DNA of 64,000 nt, taken from assembly GCA_963736855.1 (NCBI GenBank), contig CAVTQK010000009.1, forward strand, positions 576,001-640,000, written 5' to 3'. Under the pieces are notes generated by a model, which did not search any database, was not told the origin of the DNA, and was given only the letters and a program-made list of their open reading frames with translations. The position numbers and the translations under genes were made by a program. The stretch is from an uncultured delta proteobacterium. GTDB lineage: Bacteria; Desulfobacterota; Desulfobacteria; Desulfobacterales; UBA2156. Positions within the stretch are counted from its first letter, which is position 1. Every line of letters begins with the position of its first letter. Positions 21,267 to 32,468 of this stretch are shown piece by piece.

Positions 21267-22622
21267 CTACTCCGGTACATGAGGAAAAGAGACTTTCCGG
21301 TCATCCAGGGTGCGGGCATAAATTTCAACGGCGTGATGCACCCGGACCCTTTCGTTTGACTTGGAGAGCATATCCGAAATCTGTAGCATACAGGCCGGGC
21401 ATGACGTGGCCACCATTTTGCATTCGGTTGAGAGAATGGCGTCCCGTTTCTTTTTCCCGATTCGATCGGATATCTCGTAATAAGAAAGGTTGAAGCTGCC
21501 CCCCATGCCGCAGCACCAATCAGAAGCGGGCATCTCCTTGAGGCGATAGTCCGGATTGGAGCGAAGGAGGGTTCTGGGCTCTTCGGAGATACCCAGCGAT
21601 TTTTTCAAATGGCAGGGATCGTGGTAGGTAACGCATTCCCCCTTAAGGTATTCCCCCTTGTCGCTGTTCGAAAGAGGCCGAGGGGTGGCGCCGGCCACCC
21701 TCACCAGAAACCAGCTGATATCCATCGTCTTTTCTGAAAGCGCCGCCACTTTGGAAAGGGTTTCAGGGGACATGCCGCTGATCTGTCGCATCATGACCGG
21801 CCAGATTTTCTTAATAGTCGCCGTGCAGGTGGCGCAGGCGGTAACCAGGTAATCGAACGAGACGCTTTCGAAACAAGACAGATTGTGGATGACGAGACGC
21901 TTGAAGGATTCCAGGTCCCCAGAGGAAAGGGCCGGAATGCCGCAGCATCCCATATCCCGGGGAATAACGAGGCCGACTTCGTGATGGCGAAGCGCCCGGA
22001 TCGACGCTTCGGCAACATTCGGGAAAATTTTGTCGATCAGGCAACCCACAAAGAAAAGGACCTTCGGACGACCTGTTTTCGGACTCTCGTTAAGCTGTGG
22101 AAGGATTTTATGGAACGGCTTTTCGGCCAGCGGGACAAAATGCCGGTCTGAAAGCAAGGGCGACATCACCCTGGCGCAGGAGGTTCCTATGACATCGTTG
22201 ACCGGTTTCGTGAAAAGCTTCTGGAGCTGTGCTCCCCATTCCGCCATCCGGTCAAAGAGCTTAGGTCGGGATAGCATCCCCCTGAAAAGGATCCTTTTCG
22301 CCGGTGAAAGGCCCATGTATCCTGTCAGGATGGCCCTTGCTTTGAGAAAGATTTCCAGGACGCTGACGCCACTGGGGCAATTGGCGGCACAGGAGCCGCA
22401 TAGAAGGCAACGGTTGAGTCGCTCATAGGTGCCCTCGGCGTTCCTGAACATCTCCTGCATGAGGCCGTCCAGGAGGGCCAGTTTCCCTCTGGCCACATCC
22501 GCCTCACGACCGGTCTGCTCAAAGAGAGGACATACCGCCTGGCACATGCCGCAGCGCATGCAGACCACGAGCTGGTCCTCCAGTTCTTTCATGAGCCGGG
22601 CAAGGGCTTTCATATCGGTCAT
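21267..22622 (-). CDS. glcF: Fe-S subunit of glycolate/D-lactate dehydrogenase (GlcF-like)
   Basis: CMRCGMCQAVCP, CLLCGSCAANCP, two CCG domains (GCCGIP, WCCGMGG), YHDPCH. Confidence 0.88.
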   Translation of the reverse strand: MTDMKALARLMKELEDQLVVCMRCGMCQAVCPLFEQTGREADVARGKLALLDGLMQEMFRNAEGTYERLNRCLLCGSCAANCPSGVSVLEIFLKARAILTGYMGLSPAKRILFRGMLSRPKLFDRMAEWGAQLQKLFTKPVNDVIGTSCARVMSPLLSDRHFVPLAEKPFHKILPQLNESPKTGRPKVLFFVGCLIDKIFPNVAEASIRALRHHEVGLVIPRDMGCCGIPALSSGDLESFKRLVIHNLSCFESVSFDYLVTACATCTATIKKIWPVMMRQISGMSPETLSKVAALSEKTMDISWFLVRVAGATPRPLSNSDKGEYLKGECVTYHDPCHLKKSLGISEEPRTLLRSNPDYRLKEMPASDWCCGMGGSFNLSYYEISDRIGKKKRDAILSTECKMVATSCPACMLQISDMLSKSNERVRVHHAVEIYARTLDDRKVSFPHVPE

Positions 22623-22632
22623 GAAAGGATCC

Positions 22633-22947
22633 TTATCTGACTCCCAGGATTTTGCCGGGATTGAGGATGTTATTGGGGTCCAAGGCCTTGTCGAAGATGG
22701 CGGTGATGGTTCCTCCGCTCAGATTGGTGCCGGCGCCCCGAACGGTCAGTGGCATTCGGTTTTCATTGCAAAGTTTCACGGCCCAGCTTAAGGCTTCGCT
22801 TTCTAGAGGGCGAAGCACCAAAGCCGGCACCACCGGATGGAGAACCGCTGCGTCGTAAGAATAGGTCGCTCGATCGGTCTCATCGGCGAAGACATTTTCC
22901 GTGCCGAGTCGTTTTTCAAATTCTTTCAATAGAGCCGGGGAGATCAT
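22633..22947 (-). pseudogene. glcD: GlcD-like FAD subunit with a large in-frame internal deletion
   Basis: N-terminal YSYDA..VRGAGTNLSGGT joined almost directly to C-terminal KALDPNNILNPGKI; 104 aa versus 458 aa for the paralog at 26835-28211. Confidence 0.85.
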
Positions 22948-23135
22948 TTTGAATCCCTCATGCTTTGAAGGTGAAATGGCTTTTACCGGCAGTTGTATGA
23001 GGTGACAATTTATCCAAGGAATCTTCAAATCACAAGCTTTTCCTGCCGTCCCTTTTGATTTGACAAGCCGACAGCTGTTCTATAACCATTAGGCGGATAT
23101 AACCCCCAATTCAATCCATTCCTGAAGGAAAACCC

Positions 23136-23684
23136 ATGACTCCCGACCCGATGATTCAATTGATGAAGGAAAAGGCCGAAGCGGTTCAGGCCGTCGTTTT
23201 TCAGATCGGCGATTTTAAGGAAGCCGTCACCTATACGATCGACTTGACGAAAAGACAAAATGGCGGAACCATTGCGACAGGCGGGTTGAGCGAAGATCAG
23301 GAAGACGCCGTGCGGGAGGCGTGCGCCGAAGCGCACCTTACGCTTCTCCCTTTCCCCTTGAGGCCCCATGCAAATCAAATTCACACTTCTTTAACTCTAG
23401 CTGATTGGGGGATCGCCGAAACCGGCACCTTGGTGATCGATTCGATAAAAGAAGACATCCGGATCGCCACGATGCTGGCGGCGACCCATGTGGCGGTTCT
23501 CCCGGCCTCTCGAATCAAACCCGATGCCGCCGCCTTAGAACGAGAAATCGACGGGATTCTAAAAAAGGACGCACCCGCTTATCTGGCGTTTATCACCGGC
23601 GCCAGCCGAACGGCGGATATCGAACGGGTTTTGGCGATCGGCGTCCACGGACCCAAGGAGCTGCACATTCTCATTACCGGTTAA
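23136..23684 (+). CDS. lutC: LutC/YkgG (LUD domain) lactate utilization protein
   Basis: GIAETGT, ITGASRTADIE..LAIGVHGP. Confidence 0.92.
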   Translation: MTPDPMIQLMKEKAEAVQAVVFQIGDFKEAVTYTIDLTKRQNGGTIATGGLSEDQEDAVREACAEAHLTLLPFPLRPHANQIHTSLTLADWGIAETGTLVIDSIKEDIRIATMLAATHVAVLPASRIKPDAAALEREIDGILKKDAPAYLAFITGASRTADIERVLAIGVHGPKELHILITG

Positions 23685-23725
23685 GGGAACCTGTTAGCCG
23701 AATTTCTCAAGCCAAGGAGCCTCCC

Positions 23726-25886
23726 ATGATTAAACCTCCATCGGATATGAAATCCTATAAAGAGCGGATCAGAAAGGCTTTAACCGACCCGTTTCTTCGA
23801 TCCGCCCTCGATAAATTCAACACCCAGTACCGGGAAAACCGCCCCAGGATTTATGCAGGGGTCGATTTCGAGGGGATCAGGGACGAAATCGCAGCGGCAA
23901 AGGATGCATCCCTTCCCGCCCTGATGGATCTTTACGAGTCATTTAAAAAGAATGCGGAAGCATCCGGGGCCAAGGTGCATCTGGCCAGGGATGCCGAAGA
24001 AGCCAACCGGATCATTTCGGAGATCGCACGGGAAAACGGGGTAAAAAAAATCGTCAAATCCAAATCCATGACCGCCGAAGAAACCTTTTTAAACGATCAC
24101 CTTATCGAGGCCGGATATGAAGTCATTGAAACCGACCTGGGGGAGTGGATCATTCAGCTTCGGCATGAAGGCCCATCCCATATGGTCATGCCGGCCATTC
24201 ATCTCTCCCGATACCAGGTGGGCGATCTTTTCGGCAAGGTTACCGGAAAGAAACAGGACTCGGAAAACATCGACAAACTGGTGAAAGTCGCCAGGGAAAA
24301 GCTTCGGCCGGCCTTTTTAACGGCCGATATGGGAATTTCAGGCGCCAATTTTGCGTTGGCCGACTCCGGTGCCCTTGGAATAGTCACCAATGAGGGGAAC
24401 ATGCGGCTGGTTACCACTCTCCCCTCCGTTCATGTGGCGCTGGTGGGGATTGAGAAGCTGGTGCCGAACCTCTCGTCGGCCCTTCGTATCCTAAAAGTGC
24501 TTCCCCGAAACGCCACCGGCCAGGCTATTACCTCTTATGTAACATGGATCAAGGGTGCCAACGAGTCTCTTTCCTCTCCATCCCATCGAAAAATCATGCA
24601 CATCGTATTTCTCGATAACGGCCGATTAGCTATGGCAAAGGATCCAATCTTTTCCGAAGCGCTCCGATGCATCCGGTGCGGCGCCTGCGCCAATGTCTGC
24701 CCCATCTACAGCAGAGTGGGAGGGCATCGTTACGGCCACGTTTACATCGGTGCCATTGGGCTGATCCTGACCCTTTTTTATCATGGAAAGGAGAGCGATC
24801 GGGTCATTGTTCAAAATTGCCTCAACTGCCAGGCATGTAAAAGTGTCTGTCCGGCGGACATCGACCTTCCCTATCTGATCAAGAAGACGTATCGGCTGGT
24901 TCTCGATCAAGAGAACCGGAAGCCGGTAAAAAACATCCTTCTTTCGCGGATCCTGAAGAACCGGAAGTTGTTTCATTTTCTGCTGCGAAGGGCGTATCTG
25001 GCCCAGAAGCCGTTTGCCGCAGGGGATACCGTCATCCGCCATTTGCCCCATTTTTTTGAAAAGGCCCACGGGTTCAAGAGCCTTCCGGTGATTGCCAAAA
25101 CACCCTTTCGAGACCGGTGGAAGAAAATTGCGCCCAAAGCTGAGGCTCCCGGTAAAACTGTCGCCCTTTTTGCCGGATGCGCCGTGGATTTCATCTATCC
25201 GGAGCAAGGAGAGTCTCTGTTCGAGATCCTTCAGAAGCAAAACGTCGGGCTGGTATTTCCCTTGGATCAAACCTGCTGCGGGCTTCCGGCCATGATGGCG
25301 GCCGAAGAAGAGACCGCCAAAGGAACTGGCGCGTCAAAATCTTGAAGCCTTCGCCGATGCAAAAGCGGAGCATATCCTGACGCTATGCGCTTCCTGTGCT
25401 TCCCACCTTAAACACAACTACCCAAAGCTTCTGGGAGATTCACCGGAAGTCAAGGCTTTTACCGACAAAATCATCGATTTCAGTTCTTATATGATGAACA
25501 TCCTGAAAGTCATACCCGAACAGTTTCTCCCCTCCGGGAAAAAGGTCGCTTACCACGCACCCTGTCATTTGTGCCGGGGATTGGGTATTCATCGGGAACC
25601 CAGGGAACTCATCACCGTCTGCGGGGCTTCTTATGTGCCGTCAAAAGATGAAGACGTCTGCTGTGGGTTCGGCGGATCCTACTCGGTGGATTTTCCGGAA
25701 ATCTCCTCGGAAATCTTAAAGAAGAAATTGGACAACGTGGAGGCATCCGATGCGGAAATTCTGGTCACCGACTGCCCGGGCTGTGTCCTGCAATTGCGGG
25801 GCGGGATGGACAAGCGGGGCACAGGTGTGGAAGTCAAACACATCGCCGAGCTTTGCGCGCAATCCCTGAAATCTTCTGAACTCTGA
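23726..25886 (+). pseudogene. lutB: LutB-LutA fusion L-lactate dehydrogenase large subunit, broken by one +1 frameshift near 25320
   Basis: KSKSM, ETDLGE, HMVMPAIH, TNEGN, CIRCGACANVCP; removing one A at 25319-25321 restores AKELARQN..TLCASC and joins ORF 25491-25886 (YHAPCHL, CCGFGG, DCPGC). Confidence 0.85.
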
Positions 25887-25891
25887 AAGGC

Positions 25892-26779
25892 TTACTCCAA
25901 GCCCGACTGTTCCCTGACGATCCGGGCAAGAGCAGACAGATCTTCGTCGCCGAAGCCCCGGTTTAACAGGCTGGTTTCCAACTGTTCCGTATAAGCGCTC
26001 ACCGGCAACACCGCACCAAGCTCACGGGCGACCTCCAGGGCGATGCGGAGATCCTTTCGGTGAAGCCGAACCCTAAAACCCAGCGGATAGGCATTTTCGA
26101 TCATGTTTTTAGCTCGGTTAGCCAGGACCCAGGAGGCGGCTGCGCCCCCGCCCAGGGCCTGAAGCGCCTTTTCCAAATCGAGTCCGGCCCGAAGGCCCAG
26201 GGCGACCCCCTCGGCCACCCCCAGGTAGGTACCGGCGATGATCACCTGATTGATGGCTTTGGTTATCTGTCCGGATCCCAAAGGACCGATGAGGCTGATG
26301 GTTTTTCCCATGGCCTTGAGAACCGGCAAGACGGTCTGAAAATCGGCTTCATCCCCCCCGACCATGATGGAGAGAGTCCCTTTTTGAGCGCCTTCAGAGC
26401 CGCCGGAAACCGGTGCATCCAACATCCGGATCCCTTTTTGCGAAAGTGCTTTTCCGATGCGCCGGGTGGCGGAAGGGCTGATGGTGGACATATCCACCAC
26501 GATGGCGCCTTCAGCGGCCCCATGCATCACGCCTCTTTCGCCAAGAATCACTTCCTCTACATCCGGGGTGTCACTCAGGCAGGTGACGATCACATCGGCA
26601 CCCGAAGCGGCTTCCTGAGGTGAGGATGCCCGAAGGGCACCTGCCTCTGCCAGAGGCTTCTCCCTGGAACGGGTGCGGTTGTGCACGGTGAGAGGAAATC
26701 CCGCCTTCAATATATTTTGGGCCATGGACGCCCCCATGGTCCCCATTCCGATAAAAGACACTTTTACTTTAGCTGCCAT
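25892..26779 (-). CDS. NAD-dependent beta-hydroxyacid dehydrogenase (2-hydroxy-3-oxopropionate reductase / 3-hydroxyisobutyrate dehydrogenase family)
   Basis: FIGMGTMG, DAPVSGG, GSGQITKAINQ, KDL. Confidence 0.92.
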   Translation of the reverse strand: MAAKVKVSFIGMGTMGASMAQNILKAGFPLTVHNRTRSREKPLAEAGALRASSPQEAASGADVIVTCLSDTPDVEEVILGERGVMHGAAEGAIVVDMSTISPSATRRIGKALSQKGIRMLDAPVSGGSEGAQKGTLSIMVGGDEADFQTVLPVLKAMGKTISLIGPLGSGQITKAINQVIIAGTYLGVAEGVALGLRAGLDLEKALQALGGGAAASWVLANRAKNMIENAYPLGFRVRLHRKDLRIALEVARELGAVLPVSAYTEQLETSLLNRGFGDEDLSALARIVREQSGLE

Positions 26780-26834
26780 CCTGCTCCTCCGATACTTGGA
26801 TTTTTCCTGCAAGGATCGGATTTTTTATCCGTTT

Positions 26835-28211
26835 CTAAAAAATTTTTCCAGGGTTCATTAATCCCTTGGGATCGAGAAGCTGCTTGATCTGTTTCATGAG
26901 GGCATAGCTTTCCCCGTGCTCCAGATCCATAAACTGACGCTTGCCGATGCCGACACCATGCTCGCCGGTGCAGGTGCCCCCAAAGCGGATAGCCTGAATG
27001 ACGATCTCCCGGTTGACTTCTTCAAGAACATCCCACTCCCTACGGTCCTTCAAATTCCCCACAAGAACCACATGCAGGTTGCCGTCCCCGGCATGGCCGA
27101 ATACATAGCCGATGGCGCCCTTTTTATCCAACAGATCCTGGGAAAAAAGGATCATTTCCGGATAGCTTGAAATGGGAACCGCCGCATCCACGATCAGTGT
27201 TTCTTTCCCTGGATGCGCCCGGTGGATGGTTTCCCAGGCCTCGTGTCGTGCCCTCCAAAGGTCCTTCCGCTTTTGTTCTTCCATGGCGTAGCGGAAATCG
27301 ATTGCTCCGCAGGTTTCACACAGATCCCGGGCCACGCCTACGGCTTCATTCAAAGCCGTCTCGCTGATCCCGTGAAACTCACAGAATAAGGAGGGTTTTT
27401 CGGGCAGTCCCAGCCCTTGTTCCCGATTCATGAGGCGGATCAATCCGGGGGTCAGAAGCTCCAGGGCGGCGGGCTCCAGCCCCGATCCGATCAGGACCTC
27501 CACGGCCTCCGAGGCATTCTGCAAGGTATCAAACACCACCGTTGTCGCCAGATGGTGTTCCGGAATACCGGCAAGCCGCAAAGTCGCCTCGGTAACCACC
27601 CCCAGCGTTCCTTCGGATCCGACAAAGAGGCGCGTCAAGTCAAAACCGGAAGAGGACTTGCGGGCACGGCAGCCCGTATGGATCACCTGTCCTTGGGGCA
27701 GAACGATGTTCAGCCGCATCACAAAGTCTTTAGTGGCGCCGTATTTGACCGTCTGGACGCCGGAGGCGTTGTTGGCGATCATTCCGCCGATGGTGGCATC
27801 GGCACCGGGATCCGGGGGAAAGAAGAGACCGAATCTCCCGGTCCGGCGGTTCAACTCCTTTCGCAACACTCCCGGCTGCACATCCGCCTGCAGATCTTTC
27901 GGTCGGATCTCGATGATCTTATCCATCCGGGTCAGATCCATCACTAAACCCCCAACCGTTGGAACAGGATTTCCTTCGGTGCTGGTTCCCGCTCCCCAAG
28001 GGGTTACCGGGATCCCTTCCGCATAGGTCCAGTTGAGGATTCGGGAGACCTCTTCCGTGGTGATCGGCCAGACGATCCCGGCAGGAAGCATTCCGATATG
28101 TGCAGAAATATCTCGGATGTGAAGCTCTCGGTTGGACTGTCCGATGGAAAAGCGATCCGGTTCCACAAGGGCCGTAAGGGACTTGATCTGGGCGCTTGTA
28201 AATTCTTTCAT
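26835..28211 (-). CDS. FAD-linked oxidase (D-lactate dehydrogenase / GlcD family)
   Basis: GAGTS.EG, PPDPG..ATIGG, GSEGTLG, GHAGDGNLH, GEHGVG, DPKGLMNPGK. Confidence 0.92.
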   Translation of the reverse strand: MKEFTSAQIKSLTALVEPDRFSIGQSNRELHIRDISAHIGMLPAGIVWPITTEEVSRILNWTYAEGIPVTPWGAGTSTEGNPVPTVGGLVMDLTRMDKIIEIRPKDLQADVQPGVLRKELNRRTGRFGLFFPPDPGADATIGGMIANNASGVQTVKYGATKDFVMRLNIVLPQGQVIHTGCRARKSSSGFDLTRLFVGSEGTLGVVTEATLRLAGIPEHHLATTVVFDTLQNASEAVEVLIGSGLEPAALELLTPGLIRLMNREQGLGLPEKPSLFCEFHGISETALNEAVGVARDLCETCGAIDFRYAMEEQKRKDLWRARHEAWETIHRAHPGKETLIVDAAVPISSYPEMILFSQDLLDKKGAIGYVFGHAGDGNLHVVLVGNLKDRREWDVLEEVNREIVIQAIRFGGTCTGEHGVGIGKRQFMDLEHGESYALMKQIKQLLDPKGLMNPGKIF

Positions 28212-28399
28212 GGAGTCATCCTCAATCGATCAAATTGGGCAGGTTGAGTCCCCAACTGGGCAACAGGATATAAATTGCCAATCCGAACATCACCGATAAT
28301 ATAAAAGCCGCATCCAAAAATTTAATGGGCACCCTCAACATATAGTGTCTATGCCGCTTAAATTTCAGGGAGCGGAAAACAGTCGGGCAGAATCGCAAT

Positions 28400-29308
28400 T
28401 TATCCCACAGTGACCTGGTTTCGGCCCGCCCGTTTACTTTGATACATCAGCTCGTCGGTGCGCCGGACAATGGACTCCGGCGTATCGGTGGAAAGAAACA
28501 GAGTGGCACCCACCGAAATCGTAACCGTCAGGCTGGTGGCAGCCAAATCCAGCCGGGAAAATTCGACCAGCGTTCGGAGCTTCTCAGAAATGGATTTCAA
28601 CTCTTCAAAAGATGCCACATTATATAAAATGGCCAGGAATTCCTCGCCACCCCAACGGCCGATGACATCGGATTTGCGCAGGTTTTGACTCAGTGTCGCC
28701 GCAACCATATGAAGAATTTTATCACCGATGTCATGTCCATAGGTGTCATTGACGTGTTTGAAATGATCAATATCCATAAACAGCAGACCCGCAACCGTGC
28801 CCGTCTGATGCTCAAGTTCCGCAATGACGGCACGGATCCGCCCTTCGAGATATCGGCGATTCCCAATACCGGTTAGGTTATCCGTTTGCACGGTGTGGTG
28901 CAGTTCCCGAAGCTTCTGAAGGACCGTCGTCATCCCCCTGTCGCTGCTGAAAGTTTCCACGGCTCCAATGACGTTTCCCTGGCCGTCTCGCAAAGGGGCG
29001 GTGCGCACCCTTACCGGCACACGGTGACCATCGGCATGGTGCAAAAAGACTTCCGCCTCGCGCGCGCTTCCGTCCTCCATGCACGCAACCAACGGGCAAT
29101 TACCTTGACAAAGCACAACGCCATCGGCAGTAACGTGGTTGAGCAGATTATCTTTGCAGGAGCTGCCTATCACCTGGTCGCTCGTATAGCCTGTAATACG
29201 CTCGGCCCCTTTATTCCAATAGGTGATTACGCGTTCACGATTCACAAAGTAGACACCATCATACAGATTATCTATTATGTCTTTATAGAAATCTTTCTCT
29301 TCGAGCAT
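28400..29308 (-). CDS. PAS-GGDEF diguanylate cyclase
   Basis: PAS (ITYWNKGAE.ITGY), DNLTG..NRR, DIDHFK.VND.YGH..GD, RKSD I-site, GGEEF. Confidence 0.93.
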   Translation of the reverse strand: MLEEKDFYKDIIDNLYDGVYFVNRERVITYWNKGAERITGYTSDQVIGSSCKDNLLNHVTADGVVLCQGNCPLVACMEDGSAREAEVFLHHADGHRVPVRVRTAPLRDGQGNVIGAVETFSSDRGMTTVLQKLRELHHTVQTDNLTGIGNRRYLEGRIRAVIAELEHQTGTVAGLLFMDIDHFKHVNDTYGHDIGDKILHMVAATLSQNLRKSDVIGRWGGEEFLAILYNVASFEELKSISEKLRTLVEFSRLDLAATSLTVTISVGATLFLSTDTPESIVRRTDELMYQSKRAGRNQVTVG

Positions 29309-29466
29309 AGGTGCACCAAAAAGAACGCGGGCGACCGGGACATCAGCCGTCAACTATGCTGATATAATCAGAGGATACTGTTCGGCATTCGGCCATTTCC
29401 CGCACAACTGAGGATGAATCGGCATGACCCATTACATTTTCACGACCTAATCCAATCCTATCATAG

Positions 29467-29622
29467 TTGATGGCTTCATAAAAAGTCCAATTTCCGCGTT
29501 GCGCTTCATCCCGTTGCGATTTCGACGTACGATAAGTACGCCTCATCACACGGGATTCGCGACGCCTTGAACTTGAACTTTTTACTTTGCCATCTGATTT
29601 TCGACTTTTTACGAGTTTGTCA
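29467..29622 (-). mobile_element. ~155-bp MITE/REP-like element, copy 1
   Basis: Near-identical reverse complement of 52293-52449; imperfect terminal inverted repeats. Confidence 0.85.
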
Positions 29623-29660
29623 TAGTTACGCACAAGGTACAAAACAGGGGAATGGTCAAT

Positions 29661-30359
29661 TTATGGCAATGTGGTAAAAAAACGATTCCACCGAGGATAA
29701 TAACTATTGTGAATGTCAATCGATGCCACTATCGCTGTCGCTTGACCCACAATTTGATCGCGTTTGACGAACCCAAAATATCTGGAGTCCGCACTGTTAT
29801 CCCTGTTATCACCCATCATGAAATAACTCCCCTCCGGCACTGTGACCGGCGCAAATGACCGAAATGAAGACCGATAAGGAGTAATCATCACGGGGTGTTT
29901 CCTGCCTGAAAGATCTTCCATAAAACAGAATTGTCTCAACATAATATCATCTTGTGGATTATTGATATTCCGGTTATCGACAGCTTCATACTTTAACACC
30001 TCACCATTGATGATGAGATTATTGTTCAGCAGGGATATCGTATCTCCCGGAAGACCAACCACACGTTTTACCAAACGCTTTTGATCGGCAGGAGAATAAA
30101 AAACGACGATATCACCTCTTTGCGGATTGCTCCATTTTACAATGTGCCATGTCGTATATGGAAACTTAAGATCATAGGCCAATTTATTCACGAAAATGTG
30201 ATCCCCTTCCATAATGGTCGGCTTCATCGATACGGTAGGCACAATGTTCCAGTCAGCGATAGCTGATTTAAAAGATGTGGCGATAATTACGGTTATTAAA
30301 ATAGAAAAACCCCATCCCTTCCAGAAGATAAGCAACTTTCTGTTCCAGGCTTTTTTCAT
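29661..30359 (-). CDS. lepB: Signal peptidase I
   Basis: TM, SMKPT (catalytic Ser), GDH.FVNK, RGDIVVF, VKRVVG, MGDNRDNS.DSRYFG. Confidence 0.93.
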   Translation of the reverse strand: MKKAWNRKLLIFWKGWGFSILITVIIATSFKSAIADWNIVPTVSMKPTIMEGDHIFVNKLAYDLKFPYTTWHIVKWSNPQRGDIVVFYSPADQKRLVKRVVGLPGDTISLLNNNLIINGEVLKYEAVDNRNINNPQDDIMLRQFCFMEDLSGRKHPVMITPYRSSFRSFAPVTVPEGSYFMMGDNRDNSADSRYFGFVKRDQIVGQATAIVASIDIHNSYYPRWNRFFTTLP

Positions 30360-30577
30360 TTTCCTTTCCTTGACTTCCAATGGAAATGCTGCGGCTGAAC
30401 CACCGCAGGCTCTGAGTCGCCCCATTAAAAGAATGGGGTTAAATATAGGCCGAAAAGTCGGGCGCTGCTTTTACAGCGAAAGCTCCTCCCTCCGCAGCTT
30501 CATCTCTGCAGCTATCCGACGTAAAAGCTTCCGGGTTCTTGACCATACCGCTGTGACCGGAGCTTCAACGATTTTTC

Positions 30578-31024
30578 TCAATCGTATCTTGCACGGGTCT
30601 CTTCATCAGCCATCGTTGGTTCGACAAGCGGCTTCCACCGGGGGTCTTTCCACGTCCCCAGAAAAGTGTGCATATCGAGATACTTGTTGGGTATCGGGTG
30701 CGTACCGATAACGACCTTGGTCCCATAGCGTTTTTCAAGAAAGGCTTTGAACGTGTCGATATAGGGGCAGGGCGGATAACCAACAACAAGGCCGGTAGCT
30801 AAATGAATAACCTCAACACCGTTCTTAACCATCTCTTCGCCTGCATATTCGATGTTCCCACCTGGACAACCATCGCAGGTTGTAAAACCAACCAGCTCAA
30901 CTTCTGTGTCTTTATAAATGCTGAAAGCCCCTTCCCTATTTTTCATCGCTCGGAGACACTTTCCGCCCGCACAGCGGCGATAACGATCACAGATAATGAT
31001 ACCCAACTTCGTCTTTGGGTTCAT
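30578..31024 (-). CDS. CGGC domain-containing protein
   Basis: GIIIC, CAGGKC, CDGCPG, IHLA, PCP, VIGTH. Confidence 0.88.
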   Translation of the reverse strand: MNPKTKLGIIICDRYRRCAGGKCLRAMKNREGAFSIYKDTEVELVGFTTCDGCPGGNIEYAGEEMVKNGVEVIHLATGLVVGYPPCPYIDTFKAFLEKRYGTKVVIGTHPIPNKYLDMHTFLGTWKDPRWKPLVEPTMADEETRARYD

Positions 31025-31385
31025 TTTAACTCCTTTCCACTTGTTGCTTCGTTACTCGTCATGGAATTGGATCCATCGGATAAGACCATAAACATTGCTC
31101 ATCGGATCGATCTGCCTTTACACATAAATCATCGACAAAACATTTCCTTGAAGTTGCCTCCCTTAAGCAACATCCATAAAGGTAAAAAAACTGTAACTTA
31201 TTGGCATAAACTTGGGAAATGCGTCAATAACGAATATTGATTCTCTGAATTCCGATCGACATCAAAATTCGAAGGGCTCTTTAGTGGTATGTCCGAAGGC
31301 TGTGTCGGGTTGACCTTTTTCGAGGTTATGCTATAGTAAGTCTGAAAAAAACAGCTGAAAAACCGGGTGCCTGCAAGACACAAAA

Positions 31386-31886
31386 ATGGATTCCCTATTG
31401 ATGGGAAAAGGACTACCAGTGGAAAGTCGCCAAATCGCCCAGATTCTGTCCGATTCCGAATTTTTTACCGGTTTCGGAGATGAAGAAATCCGCAAAATCG
31501 CCTTTATTTGTGAGGTCATGACTGCAGATGCCGGATCCTGCCTTTTCCGGCAGGGAGATGTGGGGGAAGACCTGTTTATCGTGGCCGATGGGAAGGTTGA
31601 CCTGGAACGCTCCATAGATATGGGGCAAAGAAAGGGAAAGGTTATTATCGACACCATGGGAAAGGGTCGCATGCTCGGGTGCTGGTCCACTCTACTTGAC
31701 AAACCGCATATCCTCATGTCGACCGCCATCTGCCAGAGGCCGTCAACACTTTTGGTTTTGAAAGGGCTGAACCTGCGCGCCCTGATGAGCAACAACTTCG
31801 AACTGGGTTTCAACGTGCTCGAACGGCTCGGTCTGCTTCTGCGAGACCGGATCCAGGCAGCCTACGGTGCCCTCGACAAGATATGA
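31386..31886 (+). CDS. Stand-alone cyclic nucleotide-binding domain protein
   Basis: LFRQGD.G..LFIVADGKV, G.MLG; no HTH visible. Confidence 0.85.
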   Translation: MDSLLMGKGLPVESRQIAQILSDSEFFTGFGDEEIRKIAFICEVMTADAGSCLFRQGDVGEDLFIVADGKVDLERSIDMGQRKGKVIIDTMGKGRMLGCWSTLLDKPHILMSTAICQRPSTLLVLKGLNLRALMSNNFELGFNVLERLGLLLRDRIQAAYGALDKI

Positions 31887-31928
31887 AAAGCATCAAATCC
31901 TCTATAAGATCCGTATGCGAAAACGGTA

Positions 31929-32468
31929 TTGAAAGAAACGCCTGTGGATATTGAACTCAGCGCGGAGGAGCTTCAAAAAATTCAAGATCTGAAGTCCGAA
32001 CTCGAAACATTCAAAAAGGAAAGGGGGCAGCTGATCCCCATCCTTCAACGGATTCAAAGCAGAATCTCATTTCTCCCGGTTCAAGCCATCGAAATGGTCG
32101 CCGAGCATCTGGAGCTCTCTATATCCGAAGTCTTCGGCGTGGCCACCTTTTACAATCAGTTCCGTTTTCATCCCCCTGGGAGAAATCCCATCAAGGTCTG
32201 CCTGGGAACGGCATGTCACGTCAAGGGCGCCGATATCATCCTGGAAAATTTTGAGCGAAAACTTGCCATCCGGGAAGGCGAAACCACGCCGGACCGTGAA
32301 TTCAGCATCGAACGGGTGGCCTGCGTCGGCTGTTGCGCTTTAGCGCCGGTAACCCTGATGGGCGATACCGTCCATGGTCACATGGCCCCCAGCAAGGTGG
32401 AAGGGCTGATCACCCGGGTCCAAATCGAAAAAGAGGTCAAGGAAAGAGAAAAAAGAACCGATGTATGA
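31929..32468 (+). CDS. NuoE/HydC-like [2Fe-2S] subunit
   Basis: GVATFY, VCLGTACHVKG, ACVGCCALAP. Confidence 0.93.
   Translation: MKETPVDIELSAEELQKIQDLKSELETFKKERGQLIPILQRIQSRISFLPVQAIEMVAEHLELSISEVFGVATFYNQFRFHPPGRNPIKVCLGTACHVKGADIILENFERKLAIREGETTPDREFSIERVACVGCCALAPVTLMGDTVHGHMAPSKVEGLITRVQIEKEVKEREKRTDV

Noticed and set aside
23405..23725. Long N-terminal extension of lutB (likewise hypD from 2726 and the hydrolase from 3930)
   Set aside because: Extensions overlap upstream genes; internal ATGs with RBS fit the family starts
29343..29642. ORFs 29343-29642, 52268-52522 and 35367-35678 sharing KSDGKVKS/DGF.KSP peptides
   Set aside because: They are translations of the repeat element, not proteins
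30420..30575. Short hairpins upstream of lepB, possible riboswitch or ncRNA
   Set aside because: No recognisable riboswitch consensus
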